This document shows positions 1 through 8,427 of a stretch of 64,000 nucleotides of DNA, piece by piece (the stretch's first letter is position 1; the number at the start of each line of letters is the position of its first letter). The stretch is from contig CAMLLW010000002.1 in assembly GCA_946481295.1 (NCBI GenBank), forward strand, positions 33,898 to 97,897. Reading direction: 5' to 3'. The DNA comes from an uncultured Clostridia bacterium (GTDB taxonomy: Bacteria; Bacillota; Clostridia; Lachnospirales; UBA5962). The position numbers and the translations under genes are program-made. The notes under the pieces were generated by a model. It was not told where the DNA came from. It saw nothing but the letters and a program-made list of their open reading frames with translations, and did not search any database.

Positions 1-460
1 TAAGCATATTATTTTTTATTTTATTATCGTTTTTATATTTCTTCTCCATATCTTTTTTGGCGTTTTTTATTTCTTCATATAAATCATTTGCAGATAATCT
101 ATAAGAACCATGTCCTATTATTATGACTTGTTCTAGATTATCTGATGTTGCTACTCTAACATTATAATTTTTACTTAATTTTTTAGAAGTTTTCTCTATA
201 TACATATCTGCTGTTTCTTTTTCTTTTGTATAGACAACTACTATATTATCATAGTTTTCTATAGTTTCTATACCGTGATTTACTTTTTGTGCATCAAAAA
301 CTAAAATGACATTTTCTTTTGTATAACCTTGAAAATTACTTAAAATATCCATTAATTTTTTTCTAGCATGTTCTAATTCTCTATTAGCTAGAATTTTTAA
401 CTCTTTCCACGCAAAAATAATATTGTAACCATCAACCAATAAGTATTTTTCTTTATTCAA
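1..460 (-). CDS. YacP/Rae1-like NYN-domain ribonuclease (3' end runs off the window)
   Basis: Not in the ORF track because it is truncated. My translation from TTG at 460 (AGGTGA RBS just upstream) gives LNKEKYLLVDGYNIIFAWKELKILANRELEHARKKLMDILSNFQGY...VATSDNLEQVIIIGHG. It lies directly after rlmB, as in the Firmicute cysS-mrnC-rlmB-yacP cluster. Confidence 0.75.
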   Translation of the reverse strand, partial: MNKEKYLLVDGYNIIFAWKELKILANRELEHARKKLMDILSNFQGYTKENVILVFDAQKVNHGIETIENYDNIVVVYTKEKETADMYIEKTSKKLSKNYNVRVATSDNLEQVIIIGHGSYRLSANDLYEEIKNAKKDMEKKYKNDNKIKNNML

Positions 461-473
461 ACTAGTCACCTAA

Positions 474-1198
474 CTATATGAAATTTCTCTGTCTAACTAC
501 TTCGTACATTAATAGTGCAGATGCAACAGAAACATTTAAAGAAGATATTTCTCCATACATAGGAATTTTAACAGAAAAATCGCATTTTTTACTTATTAAC
601 TTTCCTACTCCGTCTCCTTCACTTCCTAAAACAATAGCTATAGGCCCTTTTAAATCTGCATTAAAAATTTCTCTACCATGCATATCTCCTGCAACTACCC
701 ATATTCCTTTTTTCTTTAGATCATCTATAGTTTGAGCTATATTTGTTACCTTTGCTACGGGAACATATTCAATAGCTCCTGCAGAAGTTTTACTAACTAT
801 TCCAGTTAAACCTACTGCTCTTCTTTTTGGTATTATAATACCATGAGCACCACTTGCATTAGCTGTTCTCATTATAGCTCCTAAATTATGTGGATCTGTA
901 ACACCATCTAAAATAATTATAAATGGATCTTCTTTTTTTCTTTTTGCACTATCTAAAATATAATCTACATCTACATATTCTTTTACTGGACAAAATGCTA
1001 TAACACCTTGGTGATTTTCTGATTCACTTATTTCATCTAATTTTAATTTACTTACATTTTGAACTACTATACCTTTTTCTCTGGCCTTAGCAACTAAAAC
1101 TTTAATGCTTCCTTCTACCAATCCTTCTTTAACAAAAATTTTATCTATTTGCTTATTACTATTTAACGCTTCTAAAACTGAATTTCTACCTTCTAATT
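474..1198 (-). CDS. rlmB: 23S rRNA 2'-O-methyltransferase RlmB (SpoU/TrmH family), exon 2
   Basis: The tracked ORF 474..1121 has the SpoU methylase core (LDGVTDPHNLGAIMRTA, LGSEGDG, ISSLNVSVA). The same frame continues upstream as LEGRNSVLEALNSNKQIDKIFVKEG (substrate-binding domain) until a TAA at 1197..1199, which is the intron boundary. Confidence 0.85.
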
Positions 1199-2049
1199 AT
1201 AGCGATAGGTAAGTTTTTAAATTATCTCCAACTTTTCCCCCGCTTCACACCGTACATGAGGCTTTCACCTCATACGGCGTTCCATCATCTAATATAATTT
1301 AATAATATGACTTAAAATTTAGGTATATTGTATTAATTTACAATTAAATAAATGCTTAGCCATATCATTTAATCTATATAAGATAACTAGTGGCTATCCC
1401 TCCACAACTTATTATCACTGCTTCTTAGGTACTGTGCCACCTCTATCACTGACATTAATATTAGTTATAGTATTTAACTTTTCCTAATAAACGTTTCACA
1501 ATATAGCAAGATATTTTATCTACGTTGCCAGCTTTCAACGTTCCAATAATATTCTCTTTCTATATCCTTAGGTTCTTTCTATGTGCCTGTTTGCTTGATA
1601 CTACCTGTAATAGTATAAGGATTTTCCTAGACTCCAATTGTACTAATCCTCACAAACGATATTTTAAATATCAATTAACATTTCTACTAATTATATATAG
1701 ACACGTACATTCAAAAGTTCGTCAACACCTATGTGTATTCTAACCTTAGATATATTATGATTAACTTAAAATTATTAGAAAATCATTGACCCCCGATCTA
1801 TCAGCTTCTCGACTATCTATAGTTCGCTTTTCCTCAGCTTTAACTGTTAGGGAAACTTCTCAATCGACTTTACCGAGCTTCATACCCATATATCTTGCTA
1901 TATACGCGCATGTCGGAGTATTAGGGAGAACCCTTCAGGACGTTACTCCTTCATTTGATTCTAAATATTATTAGTTCTCATAAATAGCTTATAATCTATT
2001 TAAGGCTTACCCTTTCTGCTTTATGCACTAAGGCAAGAACGTTTCGCAC
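1199..2049 (-). mobile_element. Group II intron, ORF-less (no reverse transcriptase/maturase)
   Basis: On the minus strand the 5' end is GUGCGAAAC (2049..). Domain V is ACGCCGUAUGAGGUGAAAGCCUCAUGUACGGUGU at 1247..1280. Domain VI is at 1199..1246, with an unpaired A (1206) 8 nt from the 3' end, and the intron ends in AU. It is visibly more GC-rich than its flanks. Exon joining is in frame. Only spurious plus-strand ORFs lie inside it. Confidence 0.85.
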
Positions 2050-2212
2050 GAAGTCCCTCTTCAAAATTAGTTTTATTTAGGTTAAATGATTTTTTATTTT
2101 CTTTAAAGTGTTTTTCACTTTTAAAATTATTTCTATCATATTTTACAATAGACTTACTTTTGTTCTTTTGGTTTTTATGATTACTTTTTTTCATCATTAT
2201 TCTCCTCATCAT
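2050..2212 (-). CDS. rlmB: RlmB exon 1 (Lys/Asn-rich N-terminal extension). The start is ATG 2212 or, more likely, ATG 2197 after GAGGAG.
   Basis: ORF 2021..2212 reads MMRRIMMKKSNHKNQKNK...NFEEGL and then runs into GTGCG. It is 163 nt, so one nucleotide of a split codon (C|AA = Gln) is completed by 1198..1197. Confidence 0.7.
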
Positions 2213-2633
2213 TTATTATACATTTTTCAAATATAAAATTTATTCGTTCATTGTCTCCCTTTAAGAATAAATATCCAAAAAGTGCTTCTAATCCTGTAGC
2301 ATGTCTATACTCTACAATTGTAGCATTTTTTGCCTTAGAAATAGATTTAGTATTACGTCCTCTTTTCATAATGCTATATTCTTCTTCTGATAAAAAATTA
2401 ATTATTTTATAGTACATTTCGCATTGGGCTTTAGCATTTACAAAACTTTTTGCTTTACTATTTAATTTATTAACAGATGTTTTAGAATCTTTTAAAACTT
2501 TATCTCTAACTAAAACTTCAAATATAGCATCACCTAAGTAAGCTAAATTTAGAGGAGATATATTATATAAATTTTTATCTACAAATTCATTTTTTTTATT
2601 AATGCTATTAAAAAAATTACATGCATTGTCCAT
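2181..2633 (-). CDS. mrnC: Mini-ribonuclease III
   Basis: LAYLGDAIFEVLVR motif, about 150 aa, located between cysS and rlmB. Confidence 0.85.
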   Translation of the reverse strand: MDNACNFFNSINKKNEFVDKNLYNISPLNLAYLGDAIFEVLVRDKVLKDSKTSVNKLNSKAKSFVNAKAQCEMYYKIINFLSEEEYSIMKRGRNTKSISKAKNATIVEYRHATGLEALFGYLFLKGDNERINFIFEKCIINDEENNDEKK

Positions 2634-2637
2634 CTAA

Positions 2638-4041
2638 TTACCTCTTATACCATTTTACTCCTTGCCTTGTATCTTCTATAACAATATCTTTTTCTAATAA
2701 ATTGTTTCTTATCTCATCAGCTAAAGTAAAATCTTTATTTTTTTTGGCATTTTGTCTTTTTAAAATTAACTCCTCTATTTCACTATTACTTATTGTATCT
2801 ACAGATTCATTTTTTACTATTAATCCAAGAACATCACACAATTTTTTTATAGTATTTATAATATCGTCACATAATTCTATAGATGATTCATTATTAACAT
2901 TTTTATTGACAAATTTTATCATTTCAAAGATAACAGAAATAGCATCTGCTGTATTAAAATCATCATCCATTTTTTGCTCAAATTTTTCTACAAATTTTTC
3001 TATTTCTTTTAATAAGTTTAATTCTTCATTAGTGATTTCTTTTCTTTTAGTATTATTTTTTATAAACTCTAAATTTATAACACACATATTAATACGATTG
3101 AAACTATTTTCTGAAGATTTTAATAATTCAACAGTAAAATTTATAGGACTTCTATAATGAACACTTAATAAAAAAAATCTTATTGTATTATAAGAAAAAT
3201 CTTTAGCAATATCTCTTACAATAAAAAAATTATTCTTAGATTTAGACATTTTTTCATTGTCTATATTTATAAAGCCATTATGCATCCAATAATTTGCAAA
3301 TGCTTTTTTATTTGCACACTCACTTTGGGCTAACTCATTTTCATGATGAGGAAAAATTAAGTCTTGACCTCCTGCATGAATATCAATAGTATCCCCTAAA
3401 TACTTTTTAGCCATTGCAGAACACTCTATATGCCAGCCTGGTCTTCCATCTCCCCAAGGAGATTCCCAAAAAGGCTCATTTTCTTTTTTAGATTTCCAAA
3501 GCACAAAATCTGTACCATTGCGTTTTTCACTATTAAATTCTACTCTATTACCTATATCTAAGCCTTCTATATCTTTTTTAGATAACTTTCCATATTCATC
3601 GTATTTACTAGTGTCAAAATAGACTGTACCGTTTATATTATAAGCAAATCCTTTTTCTTCTAATATACTTATCATATTTATAATGGACTCAATTTCTTCT
3701 GTAACTTTTGGAGTATAAGTATATTCTTTTATATTTAAACCTTTTATATCTTCTAAAGCTTCTTTTATATACTTTTTAGATACATCTATAGTAGAACATT
3801 TTTCTTCTACTGCTCTATTTATTATTTTATCATCTATATCTGTAAAATTTTGCACATAATTAACTTTATAACCTTTATACTCAAAATATCTTCTTACAGT
3901 ATCAAATACAACAAATGGTCTAGCATTCCCTAAATGTATATAATTATAAACGGTAGGACCGCATACATACATACTAACCTCTTGAGGTTTTATACTAATA
4001 AATTCTTGTTTTTGATTGTCCATAGAGTTATAAATTTGCAT
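2638..4041 (-). CDS. cysS: Cysteine--tRNA ligase
   Basis: MYVCGPTVYNYIHLGNARP (HIGH region), KMSKS present (EKMSKSKNN), 467 aa. Confidence 0.95.
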   Translation of the reverse strand: MQIYNSMDNQKQEFISIKPQEVSMYVCGPTVYNYIHLGNARPFVVFDTVRRYFEYKGYKVNYVQNFTDIDDKIINRAVEEKCSTIDVSKKYIKEALEDIKGLNIKEYTYTPKVTEEIESIINMISILEEKGFAYNINGTVYFDTSKYDEYGKLSKKDIEGLDIGNRVEFNSEKRNGTDFVLWKSKKENEPFWESPWGDGRPGWHIECSAMAKKYLGDTIDIHAGGQDLIFPHHENELAQSECANKKAFANYWMHNGFINIDNEKMSKSKNNFFIVRDIAKDFSYNTIRFFLLSVHYRSPINFTVELLKSSENSFNRINMCVINLEFIKNNTKRKEITNEELNLLKEIEKFVEKFEQKMDDDFNTADAISVIFEMIKFVNKNVNNESSIELCDDIINTIKKLCDVLGLIVKNESVDTISNSEIEELILKRQNAKKNKDFTLADEIRNNLLEKDIVIEDTRQGVKWYKR

Positions 4042-4140
4042 AAAATCCCCCTATAAAAATTTATTTTAATAGTTTATTATAACATAAATATTCTAATATA
4101 TATTCATTATTTTTATAATTTTAAGAATTAATATAAAAAT

Positions 4141-4164
4141 AAAAAGGGTATTAACCCCTTTTTT
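4141..4164 (-). terminator. Putative intrinsic terminator after ispF
   Basis: The minus strand reads AAAAAAGGGGTTAATACCCTTTTT, a short GC stem plus a T-run immediately after the ispF stop. Confidence 0.45.
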
Positions 4165-4632
4165 CTATATTAATATACAAACAGCTTTTGCAGAAATTCC
4201 TTCTTCTCTACCTGTAAATCCCAGTTCTTCTTCTGTAGTGGCTTTTATATTAACTTTATCTTTTCCAATTTCTAAAGTATTACATATATTTAATATCATT
4301 TCGTCTATATATGGCCTAAGTTTTGGCTTTTGTGCAACTATTATAGAATCAATATTTCCTATTTTATAATTATTATCTATCATAACTTTTTTTACTTCAT
4401 TTAATAAATATATACTAGATATATCTTTAAACTTTTCATCTGTATCTGGAAAAAATGTACCTATATCTCCCAAACCCATTGCTCCTATTATAGAATCCAT
4501 TATCGCATGAATAAGTACATCTGCATCAGAATGACCTAATAATCCTTTATTATAATTTATTAAAACCCCGCCTATTATTAACTTTCTACCTTCAACGAGC
4601 TTATGCACATCATAACCTATACCTATTCTCAT
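4165..4632 (-). CDS. ispF: 2-C-methyl-D-erythritol 2,4-cyclodiphosphate synthase
   Basis: [12 protein letters not shown]...[15 protein letters not shown]...[11 protein letters not shown], 155 aa. Confidence 0.95.
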   Translation of the reverse strand: MRIGIGYDVHKLVEGRKLIIGGVLINYNKGLLGHSDADVLIHAIMDSIIGAMGLGDIGTFFPDTDEKFKDISSIYLLNEVKKVMIDNNYKIGNIDSIIVAQKPKLRPYIDEMILNICNTLEIGKDKVNIKATTEEELGFTGREEGISAKAVCILI

Positions 4633-4645
4633 AAGATATCACCTA

Positions 4646-5056
4646 TTAACTTTCAATTTTTTTATAAACTACAACTTTACTTAATGTATAATTTAAAACT
4701 ACCGTTATAGCTTGTATGAATAATTTACTATAAATAACATTTAATTTTAATAATGATACTAAAATTATAAGTCCAATATAATCTAAAACACTTGTAAAAA
4801 TTCTAGAAATAAAAAATAAATACATTTCTTTAAATAATAAAGAAATATTGGCACATCTAGTTTTAAATACAAATATCTTATTAACTATATACGCAAATAT
4901 TACTGATACTGTGATAGAAATTAAATTAGAAATTTTATAATTAAATCCATATAATAAACCTATTTTAAATAATACATAATTTAAAACAGTTGTCATACCT
5001 CCAAAAACTAAATATGAAAAAGTTTCCGTGTGCATAAATTTTTTTATTAGTTTCAT
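4646..5056 (-). CDS. GtrA-family membrane protein
   Basis: 136 aa with four hydrophobic helices and a FSYLVFGGMTTVLNYVLF N-terminus typical of GtrA-like proteins. Confidence 0.65.
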   Translation of the reverse strand: MKLIKKFMHTETFSYLVFGGMTTVLNYVLFKIGLLYGFNYKISNLISITVSVIFAYIVNKIFVFKTRCANISLLFKEMYLFFISRIFTSVLDYIGLIILVSLLKLNVIYSKLFIQAITVVLNYTLSKVVVYKKIES

Positions 5057-5333
5057 ATAAAATCCTCTTATGTAAAATATTTTGTTTCACTATTATAGTT
5101 TATATTTTTAAATAATACAATTGTATTATTTTGTATTTTTAAAATTTTAATGTTATATTAAAGCAAATTATAAATTATAAATATATAAATATAACAAAAA
5201 ACTATAATAATTATTGTCTAATTTATAATAAATTGTTGAAAAATATTGATTATACTTATATTAAATGATAATATTAACTAACAGAGTAATAATAGTTAAA
5301 ATATATTAATATAATTAGTGAGAGGTGTTATTT

Positions 5334-6734
5334 ATGGCAAGGTATGAATTTCCTAAAAACTTTTGGTGGGGTTCAGCTGCAAGTGGTCCTCAAACAGAAG
5401 GACGTATAGAAGGTGATGGCAAAAGCGATAATATTTTTGATTATTGGTATTCAATAGAACCAAATAAATTTTTTAATAAAATAGGACCGGGGAATGCATC
5501 TAAAGTATATGTAAATTATAAAGAAGATATTCAACTTATGAAAAAAACTGGACATAATTCATTTAGAACTTCTATACAGTGGAGTAGATTAATTCCTAAT
5601 GGGACTGGAGAAATAAATCAAAAAGCAGTGGATTTTTATAATGATTTTTTCCAAGAATTAAAAAATAATGGTATTGAACCTTTTGTAAATTTATATCACT
5701 TTGATATCCCTATGGCACTTCAAAAAATTGGGGGTTGGTTAAATCGTGAAAATGTAGATGCATATGTACAATATGCTAAAACATGTTTTAATCTATTTGG
5801 GGATAAAGTAAAATTTTGGTTTACACATAATGAACCTATTGTTCCTGCAGAAGGTGGTTATTTATACGGTTTTCATTATCCTGTTAAAACTAATCATTTA
5901 AAAGAAGCTATACAAGTAGGTTATAATGAAATTTTAGCATCTGCATTAGCAATAAAAGAATATAAAAATCTAAATTTAGATGGTAAAATAGGAATAATTC
6001 TTAATTTAAGTCCTAGTTATCCTAGAGATGAAAATAATAAAGAGGATGTAAAAGCAGCAGAAATATCAGATGCTTTTTTCAATAGATCATTTTTAGATCC
6101 ATGTGTAAAAGGTTATTTTCCAAAAGATTTAATTGAAATTATAAAAGATAGAGATATAATGCCTTATATATTAAATGATGATCTAGATATTATTAAAAAT
6201 AATGTTATTGATATACTTGGTATAAATTATTATCAACCTAGAAGAGTAAAAGCTAAAGAATCTCCTTGTATAAAAACTAATATGCCTATGCCAGAAGACT
6301 ATTTTGATAATTATGATATGCCAGGTAAAAAAATGAATCCTTATAGAGGCTGGGAAATATACGAAAAAGGAATTTACGATCTATTAATAAATGTAAAAGA
6401 TAACTATAATAATATTCCTTGTTACATTTCAGAAAATGGAATGGGCGTTGAAAATGAAAGTCGTTTTATTAAAGATGATGGTATGATTCATGATGATTAT
6501 AGGATAGATTTTATAAAAGATCATTTAAAATATGTACATAAAGCAATAAAAGAAGGGTCAAATTGTTTAGGTTACCACATGTGGACATGTATGGATAATT
6601 GGTCTTGGATAAATGCTTATAAAAATAGATATGGGTTTATATCAGTAGATATTGATAATAATTTTAAAAGAAGTATTAAAAAATCTGGATATTGGTTTAA
6701 TAAAGTATCTAATGATAATGGTTTTGAAGACTAG
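5334..6734 (+). CDS. Glycoside hydrolase family 1 (beta-glucosidase / 6-phospho-beta-glucosidase)
   Basis: FPKNFWWGSAASGPQTEG, FTHNEP (acid/base Glu) and YISENGMG (nucleophile Glu). I prefer ATG 5334 (GAGAGG RBS about 8 nt upstream) over the tracked GTG 5325. Confidence 0.9.
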   Translation: MARYEFPKNFWWGSAASGPQTEGRIEGDGKSDNIFDYWYSIEPNKFFNKIGPGNASKVYVNYKEDIQLMKKTGHNSFRTSIQWSRLIPNGTGEINQKAVDFYNDFFQELKNNGIEPFVNLYHFDIPMALQKIGGWLNRENVDAYVQYAKTCFNLFGDKVKFWFTHNEPIVPAEGGYLYGFHYPVKTNHLKEAIQVGYNEILASALAIKEYKNLNLDGKIGIILNLSPSYPRDENNKEDVKAAEISDAFFNRSFLDPCVKGYFPKDLIEIIKDRDIMPYILNDDLDIIKNNVIDILGINYYQPRRVKAKESPCIKTNMPMPEDYFDNYDMPGKKMNPYRGWEIYEKGIYDLLINVKDNYNNIPCYISENGMGVENESRFIKDDGMIHDDYRIDFIKDHLKYVHKAIKEGSNCLGYHMWTCMDNWSWINAYKNRYGFISVDIDNNFKRSIKKSGYWFNKVSNDNGFED

Positions 6735-6738
6735 ATAT

Positions 6739-6773
6739 AAAAGGTTAACAATATTATATTTGTTAACCTTTTA
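6739..6773. terminator. Bidirectional terminator between the GH1 gene and sigF
   Basis: AAAAGGTTAACA-N10-TGTTAACCTTTT hairpin flanked by A/T runs. Confidence 0.6.
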
Positions 6774-6777
6774 ATAT

Positions 6778-7494
6778 TTATCCAAAATTTTGTCTCATGC
6801 TTTGTAATACCTTTTTTTCTATTCTAGAAACCTGTACTTGAGAAACTCCTATTTCTTTTGCTATCTCTGTTTGAGTTTTCTCTTGGAAATATCTTAACAT
6901 TATTATTTGACGTTCTTTTGGTTTTAATTTATCTATCATATCTTTTAAAGCTATAATATCTACCATATTTCCATCAGTACCATCATCTTGATCTATTTTA
7001 TCTATAAGATGTATAGGACTACCATCACCTTGATATATAGTAGAATACAAGCTTTCCACATCTCGCCCTGCATCTATAGCCATTAAAAGCTCTTCTACTT
7101 CTACATTTAATTGTTCCGCTATTTCTTTAGGAGTTGGCTCTTTACCATTTTTTTGTATTAATTCTTCTTTTACGTATTTTGCTTTAATAGCCATTTCTTT
7201 TAATGGTCTAGATACTTTTATCATACCATCATCTCTTAAAAATCTTTTTATTTCTCCTAAAATCATTGGTACAGCATACGTTGAGAATTTTACATCATAA
7301 TTTAAATCAAATTTATTAATACATTTTATAAGTCCTATTGTTCCTATCTGAAAAAGATCTTCTAATTCACAACCTCTACCTGTAAATCTTTTAACTAAAC
7401 TCCATACTAAGCCAACATTTTCTTTTACTATTGTTTCACTAGCTTCTTTACTTCCTTCTTGTGCTAATTTTATAAGCTCTAAAGTTCTATCCAT
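6778..7494 (-). CDS. sigF: Sporulation sigma factor SigF (SpoIIAC)
   Basis: VGLVWSLVKRF, DLFQIGTIGLIKCINKFD, region 4 HTH TQTEIAKEIGVSQVQVSRIEKK. It follows spoIIAA-spoIIAB. Confidence 0.9.
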   Translation of the reverse strand: MDRTLELIKLAQEGSKEASETIVKENVGLVWSLVKRFTGRGCELEDLFQIGTIGLIKCINKFDLNYDVKFSTYAVPMILGEIKRFLRDDGMIKVSRPLKEMAIKAKYVKEELIQKNGKEPTPKEIAEQLNVEVEELLMAIDAGRDVESLYSTIYQGDGSPIHLIDKIDQDDGTDGNMVDIIALKDMIDKLKPKERQIIMLRYFQEKTQTEIAKEIGVSQVQVSRIEKKVLQSMRQNFG

Positions 7495-7510
7495 AAATTA
7501 GCTCCTTTTC

Positions 7511-7939
7511 TTAAGAGCGTGATATTTTTTTTATCATTTTTACTATTGTTCCATTTCCCTCTTCAGATATAACCTCTAAACTATCCATAAAAGTTTGCAT
7601 TACAGTAAATCCCATACCTGAACGTTCCATTTCTGGTTTTGATGTATATAAAGGTTCCATAGCTTCTTTTATATTATTTATACCTACACCATCATCCTTA
7701 ATTTCTATATATACATTATTATCCTTATAACCACATTTTAAATATACTTTGCCCTTTTCGTTATTATATCCGTGTATTATTGCATTAGTAACAGCCTCTG
7801 AAACAGATGTTTTTATATCAGTTATATCTGCCATAGTAGGATCTAATTGAGACACAAAACTCATTACACTTACTCTTGCAAAAGCTTCGTTTCTTGAATT
7901 ACTATCCATAATAATATTCATTTCATTATCAAATTCCAT
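7511..7939 (-). CDS. spoIIAB: Anti-sigma F factor / serine kinase SpoIIAB
   Basis: HATPase_c motifs EAVTNAIIHGY and DDGVGI, 142 aa, operon position. Confidence 0.9.
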   Translation of the reverse strand: MEFDNEMNIIMDSNSRNEAFARVSVMSFVSQLDPTMADITDIKTSVSEAVTNAIIHGYNNEKGKVYLKCGYKDNNVYIEIKDDGVGINNIKEAMEPLYTSKPEMERSGMGFTVMQTFMDSLEVISEEGNGTIVKMIKKISRS

Positions 7940-7950
7940 TTTAAATCCTC

Positions 7951-8286
7951 CTATATTTCTTTCAAGGCTTCATCTAAAGTAGTATAACACTTTATAATTT
8001 TTTGCAATCCAGACATATTAAAAATTCTTTCTATATTTTCAGAAACATTACAAATGGCAACTTGTCCACCTTGTTTTTCTATATTTTTATATCTTCCTAT
8101 TAACATACCTATGCCAGAACTATCCATAAAACTTACACTACTAAGTTCAAAAACTATATTTTTAGCTTTTTCTCTAAAATAATCTCTATCAATTTTTTCT
8201 CTTATTTCTTCTGATGTATGATGATCTATATCTCCTTCTATTTTTATAACTAAATTTCTATCTTCTAAAAAACTTTGAACTAACAT
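7951..8286 (-). CDS. spoIIAA: Anti-anti-sigma F factor SpoIIAA (STAS domain)
   Basis: SFMDSSGIGMLIGRY carries the phospho-Ser motif. The start is taken at ATG 8286 (GGAGG RBS) rather than the tracked 8319. Confidence 0.85.
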   Translation of the reverse strand: MLVQSFLEDRNLVIKIEGDIDHHTSEEIREKIDRDYFREKAKNIVFELSSVSFMDSSGIGMLIGRYKNIEKQGGQVAICNVSENIERIFNMSGLQKIIKCYTTLDEALKEI

Positions 8287-8384
8287 AATTAATACCTCCG
8301 TAATGCCATTTATTGTCAATCCTTATATATATAATATAAAAATAAGCTGTAAAAATCAAGTATTTATAAATCTTTTATTATAAA

Positions 8385-8419
8385 CAAAAAAACACCATTT
8401 TCTTATTAGGTGTTTTTTA
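8385..8419 (-). terminator. Intrinsic terminator after the nucleotidase gene
   Basis: AAAAAACACC-loop-GGTGTTTTTT. Confidence 0.6.
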
Positions 8420-8427
8420 TTTTAATA

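Noticed and set aside
478-735. Antisense ORF inside rlmB. Similar antisense ORFs are 2621..3157, 15200..15562, 15926..16108, 23697..23945, 24768..25001, 25738..25953, 31404..31628, 32819..33208, 34952..35164, 49034..49333, 49562..50026, 50393..50599, 51694..51885, 53058..53255, 53702..54307, 54683..54868, 55282..55476 and 57193..57420.
   Set aside because: Each lies fully antisense to a gene with strong family motifs. Their translations are low-complexity and rich in Phe, Ile, Ser and Leu, as expected from the complement of AT-rich coding sequence. None has an RBS.
1525-1974. Plus-strand ORFs 1525..1743 and 1786..1974 inside the intron, considered as a possible intron-encoded protein.
   Set aside because: They are on the strand opposite to the intron RNA, are short, and show no reverse-transcriptase, maturase (domain X) or endonuclease motifs. 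They are best explained as chance ORFs in structured RNA.
4042-4164. Possible T-box leader upstream of cysS.
   Set aside because: Only about 120 nt are available. They are almost pure A/T and mostly taken up by the ispF terminator. No specifier-loop or T-box (AANNNGGUGNNACCNCG-like) sequence is visible.
5111-5130. Perfect 20-bp palindrome AATAATACAATTGTATTATT between gtrA and the GH1 gene.
   Set aside because: With this base composition, a few 10+10 perfect palindromes are expected by chance in 64 kb. No regulator gene is adjacent. It is kept only as a note.
8320-8384. Sigma-H / Spo0A-box promoter for the spoIIA operon.
   Set aside because: Only weak matches are present (TTGTCAAT against the 0A box TGTCGAA, AAGGATT as a -35). 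I cannot separate these from the AT-rich background without a position weight matrix scan.
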